From sequence record ON529851.1: a stretch of 64,000 nucleotides of DNA. One strand, written 5' to 3'. Of this stretch, positions 34,490 through 43,405 are shown piece by piece. Numbering within the stretch: position 1 is the first letter of the stretch; every line of letters starts with the position of its first letter. Position numbers and translations under genes: made by a program. Under the pieces are notes generated by a model. That model saw nothing but the letters and a program-made list of their open reading frames with translations. It was not told the DNA's origin and searched no databases.

Positions 34490-35820
34490 GCGGTCAGAAC
34501 CTTTTCGAGTTCGGCTGCGCCGCCGAGGAATTCGGCTTCGTGGAAGAACTCCTCGGTGCCGGCGCCGACGTTGGCGGGGACGGCGCCGACGTCGAACACC
34601 AGCGGGAAGGTGCGCCAGCCGGGCTTGGCCGCTTCCTTCAGCCGCGCGCGTTCTTCCGCATCCTCGATCAGGTGGAACTCGACCTTATGGTCCGATCCCA
34701 GCAGCAGGGCCTTGGCCTTGTCGCAGTAGGGGCAGTTCGGCATGGTGTAGACCACGAACGCCTTCGGCAGGGTCGTGATCAACGTCTTGGCGATCTTGCC
34801 GGCGCCGCCCTCGACCAGCAACGGCCCGCGCTTCAGGAAGCTGAAGGCGTTGTCCCAGCCCTGGGTCTCGCCCTTGCCGTATTCCGTCGAGCGCTGCTCG
34901 AAGAAGTTGGTGTGGGTCGGCGCGTTCATGATCCAGTCCAGCCAGTCGAACGGGTTCTCCTTGACGCCGTAGTTGGCCTTCAGCCCCAGTTGCAGCAGGC
35001 GGCGGTCGGCGATGTAGCGGATGTAGGCCTTGGCCTCGGCGGGCGTCACGCCGTCCACGCCGCCCAGCGAGAAGGCCTGGTCGATGAAGGCGTCTTCCAG
35101 GTCCACCATGTCGCGGCAGGCCTGATAGATGCGCTGCTTGGTCTCATCGTTCCAGATGCGCGGGTGCTCCTTGATCAGTTCGTGGAGCAGCTTGATCATC
35201 GATTCGACGTGGTGGCTCTCGTCGCGGATCGACCATTCGACGATCGTCGTCATGCCCTTCATCAGGCCGCGACGCTGGAACGACATCAGCAGGGCGAACG
35301 AGGAGAACAACTGCATGCCTTCGCCGAAGGCCGAGAAGACGGCGATGTCGACGGCCAGGTCGGAGATGCCCTTGCCGGTGTTGCGCTCGAACATGTATTC
35401 GTGCTTGGAGCGCATCGCGGCGTAGTCCTGAAACGCCTTGAACTCGATTTCGGGCAGGCCCAGCGTGTCGATCAGCGTGGCGTAGGCGTCGATGTGGTTC
35501 GCCTCGGCCGCAATGAACGACCCGATCATCATGCGCAGTTCAGGATGCTGGAAGCGCAGGGCGTACTTTTCGAAGTAACCGCGCGCAACATCGACATCAG
35601 CTTGCGTGAAGAATCGGAAAAGCTGGGTGAGCAGCGACTTCTCGTTGTCGCTCAGCTTCTTCTGCCAGTCCTTGACGTCGTCCGCCATGGGGGCTTCGTG
35701 CGGCAGCCAGTGCATGGACTGCATCGTCTTGTAGGCCTGGTAGGCCCAGGGGTAGGCGAAGGGCTTGTAGTAGTCGCGGGGCTCAAGGAGCGAAGGCTGG
35801 ACGTGGGGGACGGTGGTCAT
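34486..35820 (-). CDS. nrdB: class Ia ribonucleotide reductase beta subunit fused to glutaredoxin
   Basis: FFTQAD, EANHIDAY, EGMQLFSSF, RDESHH, NFFE; C-terminal YTMPNCPYC...WRTFPLVF. Confidence 0.93.
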   Translation of the reverse strand: MTTVPHVQPSLLEPRDYYKPFAYPWAYQAYKTMQSMHWLPHEAPMADDVKDWQKKLSDNEKSLLTQLFRFFTQADVDVARGYFEKYALRFQHPELRMMIGSFIAAEANHIDAYATLIDTLGLPEIEFKAFQDYAAMRSKHEYMFERNTGKGISDLAVDIAVFSAFGEGMQLFSSFALLMSFQRRGLMKGMTTIVEWSIRDESHHVESMIKLLHELIKEHPRIWNDETKQRIYQACRDMVDLEDAFIDQAFSLGGVDGVTPAEAKAYIRYIADRRLLQLGLKANYGVKENPFDWLDWIMNAPTHTNFFEQRSTEYGKGETQGWDNAFSFLKRGPLLVEGGAGKIAKTLITTLPKAFVVYTMPNCPYCDKAKALLLGSDHKVEFHLIEDAEERARLKEAAKPGWRTFPLVFDVGAVPANVGAGTEEFFHEAEFLGGAAELEKVLTA

Positions 35821-35827
35821 GTCTATC

Positions 35828-36397
35828 TCAGGTTTGGATGGGGTCAGGGGCCTGGTCGCCCCAGAGCGCCCAGCCGGGACGAGCGCGGCGGGCGAAAAGT
35901 TCGATCTTGGACGCCTCGGGGTAGAGGGCCTCGATCCGTTCGTGGACGTCGTCCGGCTTGCGGGAATGTTCGGTGCGCGGGGCGAAGACGGTCTGGACCA
36001 CCTTCTCGCTCGCCAGCTTCATCGGACGGCCCTTGGCGACCGGAGAGGCCGCCAGGACGTATTCGGTCAGCGGCTTCACGATGGAAGGGCGCACCCCCTG
36101 GGCGCCGATGGGCGAGCCGTCCATCTTGGTCTTGATCCAGACGAAGGCGACGCCGCGATAGTGCAGCTTCCAGGCGCGCAGGCAGTCGAGCGCGAAGTCC
36201 AGGCGCGGCGAGGTCACCCACATGAACAGGACGCCGTTGTCGGACAGTAGCTGGCGCATCGGAAACGCCAGCAGGTCCGCGTCGGGCATCGTGTTGTAGT
36301 GGTTCGCCGCCGCGCCCATCTTGTCCTGCTGGCCGTGGTATTCCCACGGCGGGTCGGCCAGCACGACATCGAAGGTCCCCTGGGGGAGGGCGATCAC
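35828..36397 (-). CDS. MT-A70 family adenine methyltransferase
   Basis: ADPPW, LFMWVT, FVWIK, EHSRKP, IELFAR. Confidence 0.9.
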   Translation of the reverse strand: MIALPQGTFDVVLADPPWEYHGQQDKMGAAANHYNTMPDADLLAFPMRQLLSDNGVLFMWVTSPRLDFALDCLRAWKLHYRGVAFVWIKTKMDGSPIGAQGVRPSIVKPLTEYVLAASPVAKGRPMKLASEKVVQTVFAPRTEHSRKPDDVHERIEALYPEASKIELFARRARPGWALWGDQAPDPIQT

Positions 36398-36400
36398 GCC

Positions 36401-39220
36401 CTACCCCTCACACGCGACGCAGGTGCTGTCGTCGAGCGGGTTGGCGCTGAGCGCCAGACCTTGCGGGACTTCGGCGATCACCTTGCGCTCCACCTTCGAG
36501 TTGGTGTTCTCGGCGCGGCGCGGCGTCGTCGAGCGGTAGTAGTAGAGGCTCTTCAGCGGCGCGCCTTCGCCGTCGGGGTCCCAGGCCATGTAGTGGACCT
36601 CGGTGGCGTAACCGGCGTCGGCGTCGTGCGGGAAGGCCAGGTTGATCGACTGCGCCTGGTCGATCTCGCCCTGACGGTCACGGGCGTGCTGGACGACCCA
36701 GCGCATGTCCAGTTCCGTGAAGGTCTTGAACACGGCGCGGACGTGTTCCCAGTCGTCGGCGTCCACGAAGGTGCCGAAGATGTCGTAGACCGCCGGCTCG
36801 CCCAGCTTCTCGATGCGGATGCCCAGGTTCTGGATCGACCCTTCGTCCGCGACGATGGCTTTCCAGACTTCGGCCGTGTCCAGGTTCCGCTTGCGCAGTT
36901 CACGGATCAGGAAGGGGTTCTTGACCGCGAAGGACCCCGACAGGGTCTTCTGGAGGTAGGCGTTGGCGCGCCACGGCTCGACCGACGGCGAGGTGTTGCC
37001 GCACAGGATCGAGGACGAGGCGTTCGGGGCGATCGCCAGCTTGTGCGCAAAGCGCTCGCCGGTGCCGGCCATGTCCGGCGCCTCGCCGCGCTCGGCGCCG
37101 AGGTCCAGCGACGCCTGGTCGGCGTCCGCGCGGATGTGGCGGAAAATCAGCTTGTTGATCTCACGCGCCGCATTCGATTCGAACGCGATCATCTTGCGCT
37201 GGAGCAGGGCGTGGAAGCCCAGCAGGCCCAGGCCCACCGACCGCTCCTGGGTCGCCGAATAGACCGCATAGGCCAGTTCCGGCGGCGCATCGTTGATGAA
37301 GACCTCCAGGCAGTTGTCGAGCATCCGCATCAGGTCGGGGATGAACTCCGGCACGGTGCTCCACTCGGGGTACTTCTCGCCGTTCACCGACGACAGGCAG
37401 CAGACGGCGGTGCGCTTGGCGCCGGTGTCGTCGCGGCCGGTCGCCAGGGTGATCTCGGTGCAGTTGCCGGTCAGGACGCCGTTGAAGACGCCGCGCGAAC
37501 GCTGGGACTCGGTGAAGCAGAAGGTGTCCGACTTCCAGGCCAGGGGCTGGACATCGACGACGACCGGCAGCGGCGTCAGCTTGCCGATGTGATCTTCCGG
37601 CAAACGTGACTCCTGCTTGACCAGCAGGCCCTTGTTCGCCAGGCGATGCACGTCATAGACGTTCAGCATGAAGCCGGCGCCGGTGTCGGTGATGCGCACG
37701 CGCGGGGTCAGCCCGGCTTCGAGCGCCGCCAGGCGCATCTCGCGCACCAGATCAGCGTCAGCCGTCGCGACCGACAGATAGTCCCGGAACCCGGTGGCGT
37801 CCGCCTGCTCCAGTTCGATCCACTCGCCGGCGGCGTCCATGACGCCGGCGAACCAGGCCAGACGGGCGTCCTGCGACCAGCGCAGCGGCGCGCGGCCCGA
37901 CGGGATCGTCTGGGGCTCGAAGCGGATATAGAGGCCTTCCGCGACCGTGTCGGCCTGGGAGTCCACCGACACCGACAACAGGCGCTTGAGCACGCCCACA
38001 TCGGTTTCACGCGCGAACACCGACAGACGGTTCTTGTCTTCGAAACCGGTGAAGGTGGCGTAGCCCGCCGTATAGGCGGTGTCGATCGAATGGTCAGCGT
38101 CGTTCGGGTTGACGACGGTCGGGTGGTGAGCCGGCTCCAGGCGCAGGCCCGCCGTCAGTTCGCCGGCGCGCTTCAGGCCTTCGGTGGTGTAGAACTTGTG
38201 GTGGGGCGTGCAGTCGAGGTGCGAACCGTCCTCGAACCAGACGCGCACCAGTTCCTGGGCCGTGCCGGTCTGCTCGACCGTGGTGACGCTCCAGTCCTCG
38301 CCGTTCCAGACCTCGACCTGCTGGCCCTTGAGGGCGCCGATCGGCGCATAGCCGTCGCGCGTCAGGATTTCCGTCTGCGGCGTGACGCACAGGTTGGACT
38401 GGTTGACGCGAAGGCCCTTGGCCTTCTGCGTTGCCGGCAGGGCGGCGTTGGCGTGGTCGACGAAGAACAGATAGGGCTCGCCCGTCTGCTTGCGCGTCTC
38501 GATGATCAGGCGCCACAGCGCTCGGGCGTCCACCGTCTCGGTGACCGCCTTGGTCTTGGGATCGACCAGATCGAACGCGCCTTCATCGGCGACGGCCCGC
38601 ATGAACTCGTCGGTGATGCAGACGGCGTTGTGCAGGTTGGTGAACTTGCGGTTCTCGTCGCCGCCGGTCGGCTTGCGGCCGGTGATGAACTCGACCACCT
38701 CGGGGTGGCTGATGTCCAGATAGGCCGCATAGGAGCCGCGACGGGTCCCGCCCTGGCTGACCGACAGGATCAGGCGATCGACGGTGGCGATGAAGGGCAC
38801 CACGCCGGTCGAGGCCGAGCCCTTGGAGGTCTTGGCGCCGTTCGAACGCAGGCCGCCCCAGTAGCCGCCGACGCCGCCGCCGACCGACGACAGCCAGCCC
38901 GTCTCGGCCCAGTGGTCGAAGATGCCGGCGCGGCTGTCTTCGGCGGTGGTCAGGAAGCAGGAGATCGGCAGGCCGCGATCCGTGCCGCCGTTCGACAGCA
39001 GCGGCGTCGCGAACATGAACCAGCCCTGCGAGACGTAGTCGTACAGGCGCTGCGCATGGGCCTCGTCGTCGGCGAAGGCCGCCGAAGCGCGTGCAAAAGC
39101 TTCCTGGGGCGAGGTCTCGCCAGGGATCAGGTAACGGTCCCGGAACGTCTGGAGGGTGAATTCATCGAACACCTCGTCACGCGTGAGATTAAGGCGAATA
39201 GACGAGCGGTCGACAGACAT
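36401..39220 (-). CDS. nrdA: class Ia ribonucleotide reductase alpha subunit (no ATP cone) with intein
   Basis: ATPLLSN, PISCF, QGGTRRGSYA, QSNL|CTEI, AIAPNASSS, QAQSINL, KSLYY, C-terminal CVACEG. Confidence 0.95.
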   Translation of the reverse strand: MSVDRSSIRLNLTRDEVFDEFTLQTFRDRYLIPGETSPQEAFARASAAFADDEAHAQRLYDYVSQGWFMFATPLLSNGGTDRGLPISCFLTTAEDSRAGIFDHWAETGWLSSVGGGVGGYWGGLRSNGAKTSKGSASTGVVPFIATVDRLILSVSQGGTRRGSYAAYLDISHPEVVEFITGRKPTGGDENRKFTNLHNAVCITDEFMRAVADEGAFDLVDPKTKAVTETVDARALWRLIIETRKQTGEPYLFFVDHANAALPATQKAKGLRVNQSNLCVTPQTEILTRDGYAPIGALKGQQVEVWNGEDWSVTTVEQTGTAQELVRVWFEDGSHLDCTPHHKFYTTEGLKRAGELTAGLRLEPAHHPTVVNPNDADHSIDTAYTAGYATFTGFEDKNRLSVFARETDVGVLKRLLSVSVDSQADTVAEGLYIRFEPQTIPSGRAPLRWSQDARLAWFAGVMDAAGEWIELEQADATGFRDYLSVATADADLVREMRLAALEAGLTPRVRITDTGAGFMLNVYDVHRLANKGLLVKQESRLPEDHIGKLTPLPVVVDVQPLAWKSDTFCFTESQRSRGVFNGVLTGNCTEITLATGRDDTGAKRTAVCCLSSVNGEKYPEWSTVPEFIPDLMRMLDNCLEVFINDAPPELAYAVYSATQERSVGLGLLGFHALLQRKMIAFESNAAREINKLIFRHIRADADQASLDLGAERGEAPDMAGTGERFAHKLAIAPNASSSILCGNTSPSVEPWRANAYLQKTLSGSFAVKNPFLIRELRKRNLDTAEVWKAIVADEGSIQNLGIRIEKLGEPAVYDIFGTFVDADDWEHVRAVFKTFTELDMRWVVQHARDRQGEIDQAQSINLAFPHDADAGYATEVHYMAWDPDGEGAPLKSLYYYRSTTPRRAENTNSKVERKVIAEVPQGLALSANPLDDSTCVACEG
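37463..38389 (-). mobile_element. intein (309 aa) in NrdA with degenerate LAGLIDADG region
   Basis: starts CVTPQTEILT after QSNL, ends GVLTGN before C(+1)TEI; WFAGVMDAAG block. Confidence 0.92.
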
Positions 39221-39391
39221 AGGCGTTTCCGTAGAAAAGGCTCTGCCCAGCAAAAAGTGCTGTCTAAACAGAGCCTTAGAGATTTAGTGAAAGGTGGTCA
39301 CTCTATCGAGAAACCGGCTGATTGTCAATTATTACGGCAGTCAGTTAGGGAGATTGATTCCTTGACAGGCACTCATCCCGAAACGTGACTC

Positions 39392-39613
39392 CTACTCGTC
39401 CGCGTACTTCAGATTGGCCGCGCGCAGGATGTCCCTGACATTGCACAGCTTTCCATCCAGGGTGTAGCCCAGCTTGGTCTCTTTCATGCGCGGACCGAGG
39501 ATCGCCTGGGCGATCTCCATCAGCGGCGGCGGATCATTGAAGGGCACCACGGGGTGATTGTCCTCGCGCGGCAGGCGCTTGGACAGCTTCTCGTTGACGG
39601 GTTTGCGAGCCAT
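39392..39613 (-). CDS. hypothetical protein
   Basis: follows upstream stop by 3 nt; high GC3. Confidence 0.6.
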   Translation of the reverse strand: MARKPVNEKLSKRLPREDNHPVVPFNDPPPLMEIAQAILGPRMKETKLGYTLDGKLCNVRDILRAANLKYADE

Positions 39614-39616
39614 AGG

Positions 39617-39898
39617 CTAGGCGGCTCCTTTACAGGTCTGGGGGTGGGCGTTGTCCGGGACGACGCAGACGCGTTCGGTGCGAACGCAGATTTGGCGCGG
39701 GTGATCGACGGCGATCCATTGACCCTGGATCAGGCGGCGCACCTGGCCCGGCTCCGTGCGGTAGGCGGCGCAGGTCGTCTCCCAGTACGGCCGGGGCTTG
39801 ACCACCCCGACCGCCTTGGTGATTTCATAAACGCCGCCCAGCGCGCCCGCGAGGACCACGCACCAGAACGCAATGCGAATCTGGGTGATGACCCGCAT
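39617..39898 (-). CDS. membrane-anchored hypothetical protein
   Basis: N-terminal TM; TGATG coupling. Confidence 0.6.
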   Translation of the reverse strand: MRVITQIRIAFWCVVLAGALGGVYEITKAVGVVKPRPYWETTCAAYRTEPGQVRRLIQGQWIAVDHPRQICVRTERVCVVPDNAHPQTCKGAA

Positions 39899-40323
39899 CA
39901 GGCGCCGCGCACCCGGTCGTGGTGGGAGGTCTGGATCGGGCAGGGCGCCGTGATCTTGACCTTGGTGACCCGATGGGGCGGATAGTGGACCAGCACATGG
40001 GGCTGGTTCGTCTGGACCGAGCGATAGCCCGTTGCGACGATGGCCGAGGCGTGCTCGCGCGCGGCCTGCATCGACGGCAGATCATAGTCGTAGACGACGC
40101 CGTCGTCGATGTAGACCGAGACGATCCAGTTCTGTCGAATCGCGCCGCCGCCGCTGGCCGTGCCGCCGGCGCCTTGATAGACGTCGCGGGGCACGGCGCT
40201 GCCGCCGCCAAGGGTGGAGACCGCCGCTTCGCCGCCGCCCACGACGACCGGGACGTCGGCGGCGGACGCGTAGGGCCGCCCGGCGGCGTCTTCGCGGTCC
40301 ATGCCCAGGAAACCGGGGCTCAC
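39898..40323 (-). CDS. hypothetical protein
   Basis: operon packing; start uncertain (40323 or 40302). Confidence 0.6.
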   Translation of the reverse strand: MSPGFLGMDREDAAGRPYASAADVPVVVGGGEAAVSTLGGGSAVPRDVYQGAGGTASGGGAIRQNWIVSVYIDDGVVYDYDLPSMQAAREHASAIVATGYRSVQTNQPHVLVHYPPHRVTKVKITAPCPIQTSHHDRVRGA

Positions 40324-40326
40324 GCC

Positions 40327-40701
40327 CTAGCCCTCGACGGTCGAGACGGCCCCGGCCAGGGCTTCGTCGGCGGCGTCCGCGACCGCGTCTTCGTCCGCGC
40401 CGGCTTCAAGCTGACGGGTGACGTCGCGCAGGGTCTCGTTGACCAGGTTGACGGCGCTGCGGAAGTCTTCCGGCTGCGTCTGGATGATGTTCGACACCGC
40501 CAGGGCGATCACGTCGACGATCGACACCGGGAACGACTTGTCCGGGTAGAGTTCGTTCATCTTGGCGCCGTGCAGGCCGAGGCCGACGGTGAAACCGCCG
40601 CCGGGGGCTTCGGTCAGGGTGATGATGGACTTGGGGGCTTCGGTCATGGCGGACTTCTTGGCTTGACGGCGCTGGAGGCGCGACTTGGAGGCGGTGGTCA
40701 T
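40327..40701 (-). CDS. hypothetical protein
   Basis: GAGG RBS; high GC3. Confidence 0.65.
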   Translation of the reverse strand: MTTASKSRLQRRQAKKSAMTEAPKSIITLTEAPGGGFTVGLGLHGAKMNELYPDKSFPVSIVDVIALAVSNIIQTQPEDFRSAVNLVNETLRDVTRQLEAGADEDAVADAADEALAGAVSTVEG

Positions 40702-40713
40702 GGGGACCCTCGG

Positions 40714-41016
40714 TTAGGCTGCGGGCGGCTCGTCGTCGCGCCGCAGCAGGTGTTGGATGCGGTTGGCCGCGTCGACCTCGTTGATCGAGCCCGACGCCAG
40801 CAGTTCATCCATGCGGTCAGCGATCAGCCCCTCTTCGTCGAGGGACAGGACCGCCAGGAGGTAAAGACCGGCCAGAGAGACGTGCTTGCGAATGTCCGGC
40901 CGCTCGGGGAGGTTGACGATCAGTTCCACGTCCGCTTCTTCGTCGTCGCCGATGTCGAAGAGGTTGAGCGTATATTGCCGCAGCGAAAACAGATCGGCGG
41001 TGGAAGAAGAGGTCAT
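40714..41016 (-). CDS. hypothetical acidic protein
   Basis: GGAG RBS; high GC3. Confidence 0.6.
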   Translation of the reverse strand: MTSSSTADLFSLRQYTLNLFDIGDDEEADVELIVNLPERPDIRKHVSLAGLYLLAVLSLDEEGLIADRMDELLASGSINEVDAANRIQHLLRRDDEPPAA

Positions 41017-41098
41017 GACCGGCGGGCTCCAGATCGTCATTGCCGTAATTGTTGGCAATCAATGTCACGATGGCTGACGCCGGTCAACGCGGTTTGAC

Positions 41099-41374
41099 CT
41101 AAGAAACCCTGCTGGTTGAGGCGGTTGAGCCGAAACGCGCAGGAGGGTGCGGCAGCGGCGTCCACCATTCGTGGTAGCCCGGCCAGCCGCCCAGATCGAC
41201 CACGGTGGTGAAGTCGCCGATCGACAGTTCGTAGCCCCGCCCCTGACACAGGGGCGAGCCGACATAGGGCGCCTCGGAAACCGGGTTGGTCCACCACAGG
41301 ACGTCGCCCATGTCCTCGTGCCACTCGTCGATATGGCGGGCGTCAGGGGTCGGAGGACGCGCGGTCATGCCCAT
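41099..41374 (-). CDS. Trp-rich hypothetical protein
   Basis: WHEDMGDVLWW...WPGYHEWWTP pattern. Confidence 0.6.
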   Translation of the reverse strand: MGMTARPPTPDARHIDEWHEDMGDVLWWTNPVSEAPYVGSPLCQGRGYELSIGDFTTVVDLGGWPGYHEWWTPLPHPPARFGSTASTSRVS

Positions 41375-41586
41375 TCTCCCCGGTGCAGACGCGCGTCGCC
41401 GTATTGGCGCTCACGCGGGTCCTTGAAGATCACCTCTTCGACGCCGTGCAGCTTCCTGGCGTAGTCCGGCACGAACAGGCCGGCGAGGCTCGGATTGTCG
41501 AGCCAGGCCTGCCAGTCGGCGCGCCGGGCGTGCTCGACCAGGAACCACATCCCCTCGACCTGGGTCAGGAAGTAGTAGCCCTTCAT
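41365..41586 (-). CDS. hypothetical protein
   Basis: TGATG coupling to thyX. Confidence 0.6.
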   Translation of the reverse strand: MKGYYFLTQVEGMWFLVEHARRADWQAWLDNPSLAGLFVPDYARKLHGVEEVIFKDPRERQYGDARLHRGEWA

Positions 41587-42521
41587 CACAGGCACTCGTT
41601 GGGCACGAACTTGCGGAACTGGGCGAAGCCCTTGAGATTGCCCTGCACCCAGTCGGGCTCGACGTCGAAGGCGATGCGGGCCTGGTGCTCCAGGGGCGAA
41701 GCGTGCAGCGGCGTGGCGCCGGCCAGGCGCAGATAGAGGTTGAGGTCGGTGTCGATCTCGGGGCGGGCTCCGTCGTGCTTGGAATAGCTGACGCGGCAGC
41801 AGCGGGCGGTGGAGATCGCCAGCAGCAGCGCATCGACCGGCGACACGCGCTCGAACGGTCCGCCCAGGTTCTCGACGCCGCACAGGGTGTCGATGATCTG
41901 GTAGGCGAGCGGGTGACGATTGAGTTCAAGCACCACCCGCTTGGCGTCGGCGATGTCGTCTTCGGTGACATAGGGCAGATGCCAGTCGCCTTCGCGCAGC
42001 AGGCGCGGTTCGGCGTCCTGGCGCGCCTGCTTGATCGCCTGGGCCAGATGCATGATCTCGTCCTGGGCGTCGGTGTGGTCGCGCAGGGCGTCGAAGTTCG
42101 ACCAGGTGGTCGAGGTGGCGACCACCTCGATATAGCCGAACCACTCCAGCGGGCGGTTGACCCACTGCTTGTGCACGTTCAGGCCGTCCTTGGCCGCCAG
42201 CAGGCGGGTCTTCTCCAGGACGAAGTCCGCCATTTCGCGCCAGATCGCCTCAGCCTCGGCCTGCTGGGACGGCGACAGGAAGTCGCCCGGCTGCATGCCC
42301 GGCTGATTGACCCGGAACTGCGGGACATAGATGTCGGCGTCGCGGATCGTCAGCGAGGCGTGGGGAATGGCGCGGCTCGACGAGGCGTTGCGGCTGAAGA
42401 CGCGGTGCGTCATGAAGTCGGCGTGCACCATGCGCGGGTAGCGCAGTTGCAGGGTGTCGATGCGCTCGCCGTCCTCGGTGATCGAGGAGGCGATGGATTT
42501 GGCGGTGATTTGAGGAATCAT
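41586..42521 (-). CDS. thyX: flavin-dependent thymidylate synthase
   Basis: MTHRVFSRNASSSRAIP (RHRxxS-like), NRPLE, LR....AQ.E, HASPLEH. Confidence 0.9.
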   Translation of the reverse strand: MIPQITAKSIASSITEDGERIDTLQLRYPRMVHADFMTHRVFSRNASSSRAIPHASLTIRDADIYVPQFRVNQPGMQPGDFLSPSQQAEAEAIWREMADFVLEKTRLLAAKDGLNVHKQWVNRPLEWFGYIEVVATSTTWSNFDALRDHTDAQDEIMHLAQAIKQARQDAEPRLLREGDWHLPYVTEDDIADAKRVVLELNRHPLAYQIIDTLCGVENLGGPFERVSPVDALLLAISTARCCRVSYSKHDGARPEIDTDLNLYLRLAGATPLHASPLEHQARIAFDVEPDWVQGNLKGFAQFRKFVPNECL

Positions 42522-42760
42522 TCGGAAGGCTTCCAGTCCTTGGACCAGCTTTGCTTGATCGCGGCGGTGAAGAGTTGAACGGGGCGGCTGTAGAAGTCGG
42601 CGAAGGCGTCCCAGGCGTCACCCAGGGCGCTGGGGAGAACCCAGAGCACGGTCGGGGTCATGCCGAGCACCATCACCGGCACGGCGACGAAGATCACCGC
42701 CAGCCGGCGCAGGAAGGTGGACCGGATGCCGCCGATCAGGCCGTTGGGACCGAGGGCCAT
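42518..42760 (-). CDS. small membrane protein
   Basis: hydrophobic segment; overlap coupling. Confidence 0.6.
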   Translation of the reverse strand: MALGPNGLIGGIRSTFLRRLAVIFVAVPVMVLGMTPTVLWVLPSALGDAWDAFADFYSRPVQLFTAAIKQSWSKDWKPSE

Positions 42761-43380
42761 CAGAGGTCCTTGCCCGGAGCGGCGAAGGTCGCCAGCGGCA
42801 CGGCGCTGGCCGGCGCCAGCAGCAGGGCGGTGTCGCGCAGGTCGCGGGCCGTGCGATCGTTGATGATCGTCATGGACACGGGCAGGAGAGGGATTTCGCG
42901 TTCCGACGCGTGGGCGCCGTAGACGTCCACGATCTTCTGATCGTCGCCGTGGTTGTTCATCTTGCGCGGGTCGGTGATGCGGATCAGCGAGGCCCCCATG
43001 GCGCGCAGCATGGCGGCCTCGTTCAGGAAGCGGCAGTCTGAGCAGACCACGCCTTCGGCGCCGTCGCGCAACAGGTCGTTGACGGTGCGCTCGAACGCCT
43101 TGACCCAGGTGTCGTCGAGGTAGCCCCGGAACATCTCGGTGCCGATCCGCTGGAGCAGTTCGCGCGGCGACTTGAACGGATAGCGATCCAGGACCGTCTC
43201 CTTCAGCACCGGGTCGAGCATCTCGATGTAGGAGACGCCGTACACACGGTGGCAGACGTCGCGCACCGGATCGGCGAAGTTGACGTGGGCGTAGCCGTAG
43301 GTTTCGGTCAGGGCTTCGGCGGCGGTGGTCTTGCCGTGGCCGCGCAGCCCGGTGAACGCGATGATGGGGCGGGCGCTCAT
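42760..43380 (-). CDS. deoxynucleoside monophosphate kinase
   Basis: GLRGHGKTT, FADPVR, PRELLQRIGTE, SDCRFLNE, HASE. Confidence 0.9.
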   Translation of the reverse strand: MSARPIIAFTGLRGHGKTTAAEALTETYGYAHVNFADPVRDVCHRVYGVSYIEMLDPVLKETVLDRYPFKSPRELLQRIGTEMFRGYLDDTWVKAFERTVNDLLRDGAEGVVCSDCRFLNEAAMLRAMGASLIRITDPRKMNNHGDDQKIVDVYGAHASEREIPLLPVSMTIINDRTARDLRDTALLLAPASAVPLATFAAPGKDL

Positions 43381-43405
43381 GGGCGCAGTCCTTTCGGGCA
43401 GGAGA

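Noticed and set aside
41040-41057. CGT-box-like site TTGCCGTAATTG-TTGGCA on the plus strand
   Set aside because: Degenerate -35 and points antisense into genes; no supporting -10
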